The position numbers were made by a program, and so were the translations under genes. Positions 35,312-44,334 of a DNA stretch of 64,000 nt are shown piece by piece. Source of the stretch: a virus (lineage: Duplodnaviria; Heunggongvirae; Uroviricota; Caudoviricetes); IMG/VR virus record IMGVR_UViG_3300043470_002422. The stretch is one strand, 5' to 3'. Each line of letters opens with the position of its first letter. Position 1 is the stretch's first letter. The notes under the pieces are model-generated. The model made no database searches and had not been told where the DNA came from. It was given only the letters and a program-made list of their open reading frames with translations.

Positions 35312-35941
35312 ATGACAACAAAAGAATTTATCAAAATGCTCCAAGATGCAGATCCTACAGGGGAATCACACATCAGAATGGAAGGAGGGATCCCGATGTA
35401 CGCAGAAAGAAAACCAGGTTACTGGGATGGACCTTACAGTTACTTCGACGAGGAGGGAAACTGGGTGTATAGCACAGGGGCATCTAAAGTAGACATCTAC
35501 TGCGTAGACAGATATGACTATGTGTCTGATATGTTCAGCACTTATAATATTCCTACTTGGGAAGAAGTCCTTTCTAAGTTTAAATTTAGCCTGGGGTATT
35601 CTATTGAATCTCAAAGAAAAGAAAGAGAAGAGGGTAGTCTGAAGGATGCCAAAGAATCTTATGAACACTCGGTTGAGATGCATCAAAGATTTAGAAAAGA
35701 AGGAGAAGAACTGGCATTATCTAGATCGGAAAAGGGATGGACTTGGTTTCAGAATAAGTTGGTAGACGACACTTCTCTTAGACCAAACATGCACCACTAC
35801 TATACCTGGATAGCTCTGGACGAGAATGGAAAGGATCAGGGATCTAATCTTCATAACGTCGAAGCAGTTTATAAGTCAGGTCTATTTGAAAAACACGACA
35901 ATGGAGTCAAAAAAGGCTATTACCAATGGATAAAAAAATAA
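35312..35941 (+). CDS. hypothetical protein
   Basis: ORF only. Confidence 0.45.
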   Translation: MTTKEFIKMLQDADPTGESHIRMEGGIPMYAERKPGYWDGPYSYFDEEGNWVYSTGASKVDIYCVDRYDYVSDMFSTYNIPTWEEVLSKFKFSLGYSIESQRKEREEGSLKDAKESYEHSVEMHQRFRKEGEELALSRSEKGWTWFQNKLVDDTSLRPNMHHYYTWIALDENGKDQGSNLHNVEAVYKSGLFEKHDNGVKKGYYQWIKK

Positions 35942-35968
35942 CAATAAAAAAAATAACAATAAAAAATC

Positions 35969-36298
35969 ATGAAAACAATCGAACAAAAAAGAGAAGATGC
36001 TATAAAGTATCTAAGACAAACTTCAAAACACTTATTTATGGATAAGAAAGAAACCCTAGTAAGAGTAGTTGAAATCGGACCAGAGGAATTTGAAAGAGTT
36101 ACCTTGACTAAAGAGGGAAAAGAAGACAAGAGAAAAATTGGACTCGAACATTTCTTTAAGTACTATCCAAATGATCCAAAGAACATTTGCAAAGTAAACC
36201 TATTTCCAAAGGATCACGGACTAAAATCAGTCAAGATGAAGCTGCTAAAAAAATACCAGCAGATGGAAACAATTCCAGATGCTGACCGTATAATTTAA
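35969..36298 (+). CDS. hypothetical protein
   Basis: ORF only. Confidence 0.45.
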   Translation: MKTIEQKREDAIKYLRQTSKHLFMDKKETLVRVVEIGPEEFERVTLTKEGKEDKRKIGLEHFFKYYPNDPKNICKVNLFPKDHGLKSVKMKLLKKYQQMETIPDADRII

Positions 36299-36299
36299 T
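36284..36299 (+). promoter_or_regulatory. Class A variant GACCGTATAATTTAAT
   Basis: Upstream of ATG 36315. Confidence 0.45.
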
Positions 36300-36314
36300 A
36301 AGAAAAAAAACTTA

Positions 36315-37256
36315 ATGGCAAAAAAATCAGATAGCGTTTACCAAAACGAAATTACCCCAACAGAAATTCTAACCACAAGATCAGCCATTCCGGCAGACTA
36401 TCACACGGATGATTTCACAGAAAATTTTCTAGGAGAAATCTTTGATCTAAAGAGTGGAAAGTACTACAGTCAGAATGCTAGATCTAGATACTACCCAAAG
36501 CAAGAGGACAAGCATCTTTGTCCAGGTCACTGGCAAGGCTACAGATGGGCAATTCAGAATTTGACTGAACCTGGAGATTGGGTTTTTGATCCAACTTGCG
36601 GAACTGGAACCACTCTAGTTGAGGCTTATAATCACGGTAGAAATTCAGCAGGAGTTGAATTAGAATTTCCTAAAATCGCTAGGGCAAACATAGATCACCA
36701 AAGAGCTAGAACAGATGTATCTGCAAATCTAATGCAAGGTGATGCTAGAGAAACTGCTAAGAATTTGGATTCATTGGGAATTAAAAAAGGTCAACTAAGT
36801 CTGGTTATTAACGGAACACCATATCCAAAAATCAGTGGTAAATCTTCGGATGCTCCGGAAAGAAAGAAACTTGTTAAGAAAGTAGAAGGTGAGGAAGAAG
36901 CTCCAGAAATGGTTGATAACACTTTTGATTATCAAAATCCTAACAACATCGGTTTAACAAAAGGAACTGAATATTGGGGATTGGTTAATTCGATGTATAC
37001 CCAAGCCATTGAGTATTTAAAACCAGGTGGATATTTCGTTATCTTAATTAAGGACATGATTCAGAACAAGAAGCCATACCTTTTAAGCAGCATGATTGCC
37101 AACGAAGTTCTAGAGAACAATCCTGATGTTGAATACCACGGTTTGTATCTTCACAGACACATTCCAGAAACAATGTTTATGAGAACTTACCCTAAAATGT
37201 ATCCGGGTGTTCCAGTTCCTTCTTACCAAGCAGGAATAGTTCTAAGAAAAAAATAA
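36315..37256 (+). CDS. putative SAM-dependent DNA (N6-adenine / N4-cytosine type) methyltransferase
   Basis: Motif I FDPTCGTGTTLVEA and a downstream NGTPYP, a degenerate (D/N)PPY. Confidence 0.45.
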   Translation: MAKKSDSVYQNEITPTEILTTRSAIPADYHTDDFTENFLGEIFDLKSGKYYSQNARSRYYPKQEDKHLCPGHWQGYRWAIQNLTEPGDWVFDPTCGTGTTLVEAYNHGRNSAGVELEFPKIARANIDHQRARTDVSANLMQGDARETAKNLDSLGIKKGQLSLVINGTPYPKISGKSSDAPERKKLVKKVEGEEEAPEMVDNTFDYQNPNNIGLTKGTEYWGLVNSMYTQAIEYLKPGGYFVILIKDMIQNKKPYLLSSMIANEVLENNPDVEYHGLYLHRHIPETMFMRTYPKMYPGVPVPSYQAGIVLRKK

Positions 37257-37276
37257 TTTAAAACTAAAACTATGAA

Positions 37277-37305
37277 GCTCTAGATTTTCGGATCTAGAGT
37301 TTTTT
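37277..37305 (+). terminator. Rho-independent terminator
   Basis: CTCTAGAT / ATCTAGAG stem with a TTTCGG loop, followed by TTTTTTT. Confidence 0.7.
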
Positions 37306-37342
37306 TGTGAAATATAAATTCGGATTTAATCTATAACGGGTA

Positions 37343-38302
37343 GTGAAAATTACCGAGCACATTAAGAAAGGAAAAGAGAATAAAAAGACCCTGTTCTCTT
37401 TTGAAATACTTCCCCCTGTAAAAGGACAAGATATAAATTCAATCTACAATGCAATAGATGGACTTTTGGAATTTAACCCATCATTTATAGATGTTACTTA
37501 TCATAGGGAAGAATATGCTTTCAGAAAGAATCCCGATGGATCTCTAGTTAAATATTCAACCAAGAAGAGACCAGGAACAGTTGCTATCTGCTCGGCAATC
37601 CAAAACAAATACAATATAGATTCTGTTCCACATTTGATCTGTGGGGGATTTACTAAAGAGGAAACTGAAAATGCCCTTATAGATTTAAATTTTTTAGGAA
37701 TTGATAATATTCTAGCTCTCCGTGGGGATTCTATTAAAGGGGAATCTTCTTACTTGGCAAATCCAGAAGGAAATAAAAATTCAGTCGAGCTAATGTCTCA
37801 GATAAGGGATCTCAATGGAGGAAAATATCTCCTCGATGGATTTGAAGGGGACAAGTCCGATTTCTGCTACGGCGGAGCTTGCTACCCGGAAAAATATTCA
37901 GAATCTCCAAATATGGAATTTGATATAGAATGGATGAAGAAAAAAGTGGAATTAGGGTCAGAATACTTCGTTACTCAGATGTTCTTCGATAATAAAGTCT
38001 ACTGGAAATTTGTTCAAAAGTGCAGAGAGAATGGAATAGACGTTCCAATTATCCCAGGAATAAAACCAATCACAGCACAGAGTCAAATTTGGGGTTTACC
38101 CAAGATCTTTGGAATTCATCTTCCTTACGAGTTATCAAATGATCTAAGAAAAACCGGAACTAATTCCGAAGCTGCTGAGATTGGAATCAAATGGGCTGTT
38201 GAGCAGTGCAAAGATCTAATTAGAGGGGGAGCTCCAGTTCTTCATTTCTACACGATGTCAAAATCCAAATCAACTGCAGCTATCTGCAAGAAGATTTTCT
38301 AA
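37343..38302 (+). CDS. metF: 5,10-methylenetetrahydrofolate reductase (MetF family)
   Basis: Collinear matches to E. coli MetF: FSFEILPP, FIDVTYH, VPHLICGG, ILALRGD, YFVTQMFFD, GIDVPIIPGIKP, HFYTMSK. The start appears to be GTG. Confidence 0.75.
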   Translation: MKITEHIKKGKENKKTLFSFEILPPVKGQDINSIYNAIDGLLEFNPSFIDVTYHREEYAFRKNPDGSLVKYSTKKRPGTVAICSAIQNKYNIDSVPHLICGGFTKEETENALIDLNFLGIDNILALRGDSIKGESSYLANPEGNKNSVELMSQIRDLNGGKYLLDGFEGDKSDFCYGGACYPEKYSESPNMEFDIEWMKKKVELGSEYFVTQMFFDNKVYWKFVQKCRENGIDVPIIPGIKPITAQSQIWGLPKIFGIHLPYELSNDLRKTGTNSEAAEIGIKWAVEQCKDLIRGGAPVLHFYTMSKSKSTAAICKKIF

Positions 38303-38308
38303 TTCGTT

Positions 38309-38321
38309 GGATATATAGGGG
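38309..38321 (+). promoter_or_regulatory. Class B motif GGATATATAGGGG
   Basis: Upstream of ATG 38341. Confidence 0.5.
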
Positions 38322-38340
38322 ATAAAAATTACTCCCTTAA

Positions 38341-39453
38341 ATGGCTAAAACGTTATTACCCTTTGCTCTCTATGAAGAGCTTGAAAAGATAGAATCTTTA
38401 AATCCAGATGAAATGAGAAATTTCTTGTCTTCTCTTCAGAAGTATTGTGAATCTACAGGAAAAGATTTTACTAAAGTTTGTACTGACATTGGACTTGAAG
38501 CTCCTTCCTGGGCAGGAAAATTGACCCACAAACAGAATGTATTACTAAACTCCCTTATCTCAAGGGATTATTACAGTGAAGAAGATGAAGGAACCTCTTG
38601 GTCAATAAATCCCGAAACCGAAAGACTTGATGTAATTGGGAAATTTAAAATATCATCTTACAATAAAGAGAAATGGGGGGAATTAATAGAAATGGGGATA
38701 AAAATTGGTAAGGTAAAAGGTTATTTCGACGTTTCCGATTGTGGCATTGATTCATCAGAGGGATTCCCTACTGAAGTAACTGGGGATTTTAATATCAGTG
38801 GTAATAAATTAACCAATCTAGTTGGATGTCCCGTAAAAGTAGGGGGTAAATACAAATGTGATAGAAATAAATTAACCTCTTTAGAAGGAGCACCAGAACT
38901 ATCAGACAATTTTGATTGCAGCGACAATAGTGGTCTAAGAAACTTAAAAGGAGGACCTAAGGAAGTAACCTCTATTTATTATGCTAATAGATGTAATCTG
39001 GATTCTCTAGAAGGGTTTCCTAGTATAATAAGTCCTTCTATATCCATTTATGTAGACAGTAATAATCTTTATACACTAGAGGGTATTCCTCTAAGCCCTG
39101 CAATTTCTCCTTATAGAATCAGATGCAACAAGAACCCATTAAAAAGTTCAGTTTTAACAAATGCTTACAAAGAAGCAGCTAGAACTGGAAGCTGGGCAGT
39201 TGGATATCTAAGTATGTTTACCGATCCTGAATTCATCAAAACCGGAAAAGCTCCAAAGGATCCAATTAGAGAAAAATTATCTCCTGCGAATTTAAAGAAA
39301 GAAATTGAAACCAACGGGGAAGCTTTTGTAGTTGGTCTTAAATCAATCTGGAAGGATTTCAGGGTTCAAAAAATTCTAAAAGGAATTGAAATCCCAGAGG
39401 ACACCAAAGCAGACGCAGAATTGCTAGCAGATTTAGATGACGTTGGACTTTAA
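38341..39453 (+). CDS. LRR-like 22-aa repeat protein with a C-terminal DLDDVGL (same family as 7474-8301)
   Basis: Repeats of the form C-D-R-N-K-L-T-S-L-E-G-A-P. Ends ELLADLDDVGL. Confidence 0.6.
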   Translation: MAKTLLPFALYEELEKIESLNPDEMRNFLSSLQKYCESTGKDFTKVCTDIGLEAPSWAGKLTHKQNVLLNSLISRDYYSEEDEGTSWSINPETERLDVIGKFKISSYNKEKWGELIEMGIKIGKVKGYFDVSDCGIDSSEGFPTEVTGDFNISGNKLTNLVGCPVKVGGKYKCDRNKLTSLEGAPELSDNFDCSDNSGLRNLKGGPKEVTSIYYANRCNLDSLEGFPSIISPSISIYVDSNNLYTLEGIPLSPAISPYRIRCNKNPLKSSVLTNAYKEAARTGSWAVGYLSMFTDPEFIKTGKAPKDPIREKLSPANLKKEIETNGEAFVVGLKSIWKDFRVQKILKGIEIPEDTKADAELLADLDDVGL

Positions 39454-39460
39454 TTAATAA

Positions 39461-39991
39461 ATGAAGTATCTAGAACTATTCGAAGCATTTAATCCCTCCG
39501 GGGATAAATTGGGATTTGGAAAACAAATTCAATCCCATATACAACAATTAGTTGGGAAGAATTTCGGAACCCCTTATGTGGTTACTTCAGCAGAGGTAAC
39601 AAGAGCTGAAAGTGAAGGGTTTGCAGATCAAAGCGGACAAGGGGATTTAGTTCTAACTTTCAAAAAAGAATCTCCGGATGAGCTGGACGAACTTATTTCT
39701 GATTTAACCTCTGTAGGATTATCAGAAGAAAGGAAGATAGAATTTGGGTGGGACGTTATTGCTACGATGGAAACAGAATCTTCTCCAGACGGAGACCCTC
39801 TTTGGGATTTAACCTATAACATCTATACAGACTCCCCCGTAGTTTTTCTACAGTTCCCTGAAATATTCAGGGGTGAAGTAAAACACCTCTACGACATGTC
39901 TTATGGAGTTGGCAGCGTAATCAAAGGGTTAATAGAGAAAACAATAAATCGTTTAGTATACGAATCTAAAATGGGTAATAAGAACAAGTAA
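39461..39991 (+). CDS. CTS-like-leader family protein (MKYLELFEAF) with an internal DLTSVGL
   Basis: Leader and motif as in the 9211 and 9786 paralogs. Confidence 0.55.
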   Translation: MKYLELFEAFNPSGDKLGFGKQIQSHIQQLVGKNFGTPYVVTSAEVTRAESEGFADQSGQGDLVLTFKKESPDELDELISDLTSVGLSEERKIEFGWDVIATMETESSPDGDPLWDLTYNIYTDSPVVFLQFPEIFRGEVKHLYDMSYGVGSVIKGLIEKTINRLVYESKMGNKNK

Positions 39992-39996
39992 TACCT

Positions 39997-40332
39997 ATGA
40001 ATCAAACAGTAAACCTACTTAAGACCGGATCCGAATATATTTTAGCTCTTCCGAGAGGGAAAAGACTAGAAAAAGGAGATTTTGCAATAGGGGTGTCCAA
40101 CTCTTATTCAAAGGTTTCTTCTGTTAAAGAAGGGGATTATTTTGATGCTAGAATTTACTATCTTGAAGATGGTAGCTGTCTAGTAAACCCAATTAAAATT
40201 GTGGGATTTGAATCCGATATAGATCCAGAGGTTCTAACAAAAATAAAGGAACTTAAAGAAGTTCCTTTGTATATCGAGATCGTAGAAAACCAGATCGTTC
40301 GTGAATCTGGTAAGATTAAAGTTATTTATTAA
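39997..40332 (+). CDS. hypothetical protein
   Basis: ORF whose stop is convergent with the minus-strand operon. Confidence 0.45.
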   Translation: MNQTVNLLKTGSEYILALPRGKRLEKGDFAIGVSNSYSKVSSVKEGDYFDARIYYLEDGSCLVNPIKIVGFESDIDPEVLTKIKELKEVPLYIEIVENQIVRESGKIKVIY

Positions 40333-41291
40333 ACAAAGTTTCCTTTGCTGTCCATCGGAACGTGAATGTATTTACCAAATGGAGGTACGTTGAAATTCTT
40401 TCCTTTTTCGCAAATAAACCAGAAAACTCTCTTTACGTAATTGTTAATTCCATAGGAGGATTTATCAGGATATTCGGCAAATGAATCTGTCAAGTAAATT
40501 ACTACAGATGGATTAATTTTCTGCTTCTGAATCCAAGCAAACGGTGGAATAAATCCTTTAGCATTACCTCCAGTAGAAGCAATCTTTCCAAAGTCTGGTT
40601 TACCACCTTTTTTAACAATATCAATAGAATCTATATCGTCTGAACAGTAGATGATATAGGTTGTGTCTATATCCATCTTTGTGGAAAGATAAAGAACTTC
40701 AGAGATAAAGGTTTTGATTTGTTCCTTAGAAATAGATCCCGAGGTATCTACAGGAAGAACTAAAGTTCTAAGAGTATCTTTACCTGCTCTCTTTCTTCCG
40801 TATAAAATATCACCAGATCCTAAAAATCTTCTATTTGGTAGTGTTTCTTCCCATTTATTCAAGGCACTATCCATGAACTTTTTAAGTTCTTTTTTCCAGT
40901 CAATCTTTGGCTTGGTTGTTCTTAAATCTATCAATAGTCTTCTTCCTTTTTCAGAAAGAGATGCTCCTGCAGAAGACATAGCTGCTCTTGTTGCATTTTC
41001 CCACATCGCGGAAACTTTTGATTTGCTTCCGCCCGATCCCATAGCTTGCTTAGAGGTATAGGACTTGGTAGATGTTTTGGGTCCCTGTGATGGATTTCTC
41101 TCGTAACCTGGACCTGTTTTTGCATTTGGATCTAATTTAGGGGTTTCCACGTCTTCAGGAGCTTTTTCTAATTCCTGTGGTGAACTTGTTCCTTCTTTTT
41201 TATCCCCAGCTTGAGGTTTCTGTTGCCCTGGTTCTACAGTGTCAACATCTACTATAACGAATTCTCCTTTTTTAACTTGCATTTTATTCAA
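40329..41291 (-). CDS. vWA (MIDAS) domain protein, third gene of the MoxR-peptidase-vWA operon
   Basis: VLPVDTSGSI is a DxSGS MIDAS motif. Low-complexity N-terminal half. Confidence 0.6.
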   Translation of the reverse strand: MNKMQVKKGEFVIVDVDTVEPGQQKPQAGDKKEGTSSPQELEKAPEDVETPKLDPNAKTGPGYERNPSQGPKTSTKSYTSKQAMGSGGSKSKVSAMWENATRAAMSSAGASLSEKGRRLLIDLRTTKPKIDWKKELKKFMDSALNKWEETLPNRRFLGSGDILYGRKRAGKDTLRTLVLPVDTSGSISKEQIKTFISEVLYLSTKMDIDTTYIIYCSDDIDSIDIVKKGGKPDFGKIASTGGNAKGFIPPFAWIQKQKINPSVVIYLTDSFAEYPDKSSYGINNYVKRVFWFICEKGKNFNVPPFGKYIHVPMDSKGNFV

Positions 41292-42309
41292 CTATTATAT
41301 CTCCGTTAGGAAGAACACTTTTTACTACCCCTATTTTACCTGCGTTGGGACCTACCGTAATTCTAACTCTTTTACCAACTATGCTCTGCTCTCCTTCTCC
41401 TGGTTTGTCTCCTTCTCCTGGTTTGTCTCCCGGTTTTCCCTTCCCCTCTTCTTCACCTGGCATATCCCCTGGTTTATCTCCTGGCATATCCCCTGGTTTA
41501 TCTCCTGGCATATCCCCCGGTTTATCTCCTGGTTTATCTCCTCCTTCTCCCATTTCTTTTTCTTCTTCTGCCTGATCGTCTCTAACGTCCTGAACTACAG
41601 AATTTTCTGAATCCGGTTCTGATAAATCTTCATCAGAATCAATAACGTGGGTTCCAGATTCCTCGGATTCACCAGAATCCTCAGTTGCTTTTTTCTGCTG
41701 TTCTCTGTCTTCTTTTAGAAGATCGTAAATATCTTCAGCTCTCATACCGACATATTTCTCTTCGAACAATCCCATTCTGCTTCCATCTGGTTGTTTTGGC
41801 CACTCGAATTGTCCAGGAACTACTTCTTCATTTAAGATTGGATTGATTGCGTAATCTGCTGCATAGTTCCAAAGTAAAGGATTTCTATTTCCTCTTCTGG
41901 TCATGTGATCACCTACACAATGTAGAATCTCGTGGCATAAAACAAATCTGATAGCTGCGTCCGATTGGCTTAAAACGAAATCCGGATGATATTGAATGTT
42001 TAGACCGTTAGTACACATAGTTGTGTATCTTGGATCAGAACTTCCGTAGATGTTTAATTTTGCTAGTAGCTGAGCGAAGAATCCTTTCTTAGAATTGATC
42101 CATAAAAGATTTCTATTTACTTTTACTCTTGCTTGATTTTCTTTATCAGCATCTCCCTCAAAAAGTTCGTAACTGTTTTTCTCGACCACATATTGGCCAA
42201 ATTTTTCAATTACTTTAATTCCTTTAGTAGAATTTCTGTTTGATTCTAGGGTAACATGAAACTTAGCAAACGAGTCTATGATATCGGTATGTATTTTCTT
42301 AAATTCCAT
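41284..42309 (-). CDS. HExxH zinc metallopeptidase-like protein (DUF2201_N-type) with a C-terminal PGDKPGDM tandem repeat and a KOW-like tail
   Basis: VLCHEILHCVGDH. Repeat GDKPGDMPGDKPGDM... C-terminal GKRVRITVGPNAGKIGVV. Confidence 0.6.
   Translation of the reverse strand: MEFKKIHTDIIDSFAKFHVTLESNRNSTKGIKVIEKFGQYVVEKNSYELFEGDADKENQARVKVNRNLLWINSKKGFFAQLLAKLNIYGSSDPRYTTMCTNGLNIQYHPDFVLSQSDAAIRFVLCHEILHCVGDHMTRRGNRNPLLWNYAADYAINPILNEEVVPGQFEWPKQPDGSRMGLFEEKYVGMRAEDIYDLLKEDREQQKKATEDSGESEESGTHVIDSDEDLSEPDSENSVVQDVRDDQAEEEKEMGEGGDKPGDKPGDMPGDKPGDMPGDKPGDMPGEEEGKGKPGDKPGEGDKPGEGEQSIVGKRVRITVGPNAGKIGVVKSVLPNGDIIVE
41400..41555 (-). repeat. In-frame 24-nt tandem repeats encoding (PGDKPGDM)n
   Basis: catatcccctggtttatctcctgg is repeated three times in tandem and is flanked by degenerate copies. 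Confidence 0.7.
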
Positions 42310-42319
42310 TAGCTAGAAA

Positions 42320-43873
42320 TTATACTAAACCTTTATCTTTCATTCCACCTTTTACCATCATTGCTGCTTCAATTCTAAGCTTTCCTTCCGGTGTATCTTT
42401 AATTTTTAGTGTTTCTTCGTTTACTCCAAATTCAGGATATTTTTCTTTGATTCTAGCATAAACCCATGATAGGATTTCAAGATTGCTTAAACCTTGGTAG
42501 TATTTCATGATATTGAATAGATCCTGATCTGTTGCTTTTCCTCCTGACATTTCTTCAGCTTTTCTTAAAGCCATTTCAAATACTCCATAAGCTACTGAAG
42601 AGAAATCTGCTCCTTTTGAAAGTGGTTTAGCTTTTTCTGGATTCTTAACAATATCTTCCAAATCTCTATCTGAAATTCTTCTAATAACATCAAGATAAGC
42701 TTTTAATTTACCTGCCGCTGATGGACCGATAGCATCTGAGTAGATGTTGTAGATCGTATCTGTTGGTAGGTCTCTCCAATTTGTAGCTCCCTCGTCTTCC
42801 ATTTCATCCTTAAGAGATGCTGCTGCATCTGTCCAAGATCTAGGGGTTGGGAATTTAAGAGTTGCTTTTTCTGTATCTAAGTAGTGGAATAATTCTGGAT
42901 TTCTTTCTACGAATCCAACAATTTCTGGTTCGAAATCCCCTGGTTTTGATTTAGCCCATTTAGACCAAGATTCAACGTCAGGAACAAAGTTAACGATATT
43001 GAATCTGTCTGCCATAGCAAAGTCAAATTCTGCAACTTCTCCAGATCCGCTAACGTCTTCTGGTCTGTTACCAGCTGCTACGATAACCCATTTATCAGGT
43101 AATTGATAAGTTCCAACTCTACCCATTTGAACGAACTGCATGATAGCATTCAAAATATATTTGTTTGCTCTGTTCATCTCGTCCATGAATATAAATCCAC
43201 CTTTACCTTCTGGTCCATTGTCCGTAGGTAAAACGATAGGAGGATTTGATCTTGTTATTCCTTTACCTGCAGAAATTAATCTTCCTTCTTCTCCATATTT
43301 AGGTTCTTCAATATCAACAACTTTAGGTATTCCTAAAAAGTCTTCCGGTGACATAAATTGCAAGTCTAAGTTAAGCATAGGAACTCCGGCTGCTTGAGCT
43401 GCTTGACCAACGATTTGGGTTTTTCCTATACCTGGAGCTCCGTAGATGAAGATAGGTTTTGCTCTACCTCCTCTTTGTTTAGATCTGTAAAGTTTACCTA
43501 ACATGCTCTTAAGTTCAGTAGCGTCCACGTTTCTAACTGTTTGATCTTCTCCTGTATATTCCAGAGGAACTTGAGCTTCATCTAGGTCAGATATTAAAGA
43601 CTCATTGACAGGATTCATCTTTGCAAATTCTGTTCCTTTATATAGATTATTAATCTGAGAAACTATATTTCCGTTTGCTGGGTCAAAATAAGTAACTGAA
43701 GGTGTTCCTTTTTTTGGACCTGCAGGAATCATTTTGATAATACCATCTTTGATAGCCTTTGCGATTCTAGCTATCCATCCACCGGCTTTAGAGAGAAAAT
43801 CTCCAAATCTTGATTCGTTTGTTGTGCTTCTGTTGTTTACATAATCATCGAAGCTAAATACTCTTTTTCCCAT
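42320..43873 (-). CDS. MoxR-like AAA+ ATPase (AAA_5)
   Basis: Walker A GAPGIGKT and Walker B IFMDEMNRA. First gene of the minus-strand operon. Confidence 0.7.
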   Translation of the reverse strand: MGKRVFSFDDYVNNRSTTNESRFGDFLSKAGGWIARIAKAIKDGIIKMIPAGPKKGTPSVTYFDPANGNIVSQINNLYKGTEFAKMNPVNESLISDLDEAQVPLEYTGEDQTVRNVDATELKSMLGKLYRSKQRGGRAKPIFIYGAPGIGKTQIVGQAAQAAGVPMLNLDLQFMSPEDFLGIPKVVDIEEPKYGEEGRLISAGKGITRSNPPIVLPTDNGPEGKGGFIFMDEMNRANKYILNAIMQFVQMGRVGTYQLPDKWVIVAAGNRPEDVSGSGEVAEFDFAMADRFNIVNFVPDVESWSKWAKSKPGDFEPEIVGFVERNPELFHYLDTEKATLKFPTPRSWTDAAASLKDEMEDEGATNWRDLPTDTIYNIYSDAIGPSAAGKLKAYLDVIRRISDRDLEDIVKNPEKAKPLSKGADFSSVAYGVFEMALRKAEEMSGGKATDQDLFNIMKYYQGLSNLEILSWVYARIKEKYPEFGVNEETLKIKDTPEGKLRIEAAMMVKGGMKDKGLV

Positions 43874-43905
43874 TTTGGTTTTATTGATTTTTTAATTTTT
43901 AATTT

Positions 43906-43917
43906 GGGATATATATC
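43906..43917. promoter_or_regulatory. Palindromic class B motif GGGATATATATC in a divergent intergenic region (bidirectional promoter candidate)
   Basis: Reads as the class B motif on both strands, between minus gene 42320-43873 and plus gene 43936. Confidence 0.5.
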
Positions 43918-43935
43918 AACAAACAAAAACGAATT

Positions 43936-44328
43936 ATGAAAAACATTAAATTTTTTGAGGACTTTAATTCCGAAGTTCCATCCCAAGAAATCCACGAAGG
44001 ACACGGAGAAATGCAGAACTACATGTTCTTTCAAAATCTTCACACGCTTAAAAATGCAATTGAAGAATTGATTGAATTAGATCCTGTTAAAGTCGATGGT
44101 ATTCTTGCAGACGGTCACGGATGGGCTTTAGATCACATTGCTACATCAGTAGATGACGTTGAGGAGGTTTATCACTTCTTATCTAACTCTATTGAAATGG
44201 GACATGAAGGGGAAGAACACGGGGAAGACCACGAAGAAGGTCACGAAGAAATGGGGATGGAAATCCAAGTTTCACCAGACGAGGTAGAAGTTGAAACTGA
44301 AGACGAAGACGAAGAAGACGAAGACTAA
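43936..44328 (+). CDS. acidic His/Glu-rich protein with a CTS-like leader (MKNIKFFEDF)
   Basis: Leader matches the family. C-terminal HEGEEHGEDHEEGHEE and poly-acidic tail. Confidence 0.55.
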   Translation: MKNIKFFEDFNSEVPSQEIHEGHGEMQNYMFFQNLHTLKNAIEELIELDPVKVDGILADGHGWALDHIATSVDDVEEVYHFLSNSIEMGHEGEEHGEDHEEGHEEMGMEIQVSPDEVEVETEDEDEEDED

Positions 44329-44334
44329 TTAAAA

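Noticed and set aside
41400-41555. A regular 24-nt tandem repeat that superficially resembles a CRISPR array or satellite.
   Set aside because: The repeats are contiguous with no spacers. They are in frame inside the minus-strand peptidase gene, where they encode (PGDKPGDM)n. No cas genes are present.
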